From positions 1 to 64,000 of the IMG/VR virus record IMGVR_UViG_3300028833_000061: 64,000 nucleotides of DNA; one strand, written 5' to 3'. Every line of letters starts with the position of its first letter. Position 1 is the first letter of the stretch. Shown piece after piece: positions 63,988 to 64,000 of this stretch. The position numbers were made by a program, and so were the translations under genes. This DNA comes from a virus (Duplodnaviria > Caudoviricetes). Under the pieces are notes generated by a model. The model saw only the letters and a program-made list of their open reading frames with translations. It did not search any database and was not told where the DNA came from.

Positions 63988-64000
63988 CTTGGCCTCCCAC

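Noticed and set aside
1-64000. Stop-codon reassignment as the cause of the many short ORFs
   Set aside because: Long genes are intact in code 11, no suppressor tRNA is present, and consecutive array ORFs mostly change frame at each junction and each carries its own motif set, so they are not fragments of one read-through gene.

Overview
A 64-kb segment of a large (jumbo-type) tailed dsDNA phage. Essentially all genes are on the minus strand, densely packed, in the standard genetic code. The left part (1-17.6 kb) is a virion module: a portal protein; small putative internal-head proteins sharing an N-terminal 'AFxQGFM..K.A' leader (LysM, low-complexity and unassigned bodies); a lipase-like and two HExxH proteins; a GT25-GT8 fusion glycosyltransferase; a BspA-type LRR protein; and a 1343-aa fibre/adhesin. 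The middle part (17.6-35 kb) holds small early/middle genes separated by terminator plus CGTTATAACTAATTG promoter cassettes, and a non-coding island with three tRNAs, a circularly permuted tRNA mimic (YrlA/Y-RNA-like) and several unassigned structured RNAs. The main unexplained feature is 35.2-43.0 kb: an array of 33 tandem, mostly translationally coupled, highly diverged paralogous mini-genes (58-140 aa, Arg/Tyr-rich) sharing an 'MIxxxRxxY...PxxxER' signature, preceded by a structured RNA leader. The right part (43-64 kb) has 14 more tRNAs (17 in total, mostly reading A-ending codons, including Ile-UAU), a Zn-finger HNH homing endonuclease, a PEP-CTERM protein, nucleotide/NAD salvage enzymes, an AAA ATPase and a PcfJ-like protein. 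The PEP-CTERM tail and the Thr-Asn-rich fibre suggest, by inference only, a PVC-superphylum host such as Kiritimatiellota or Verrucomicrobiota. All calls come from reading motifs by eye; no database searches were run.
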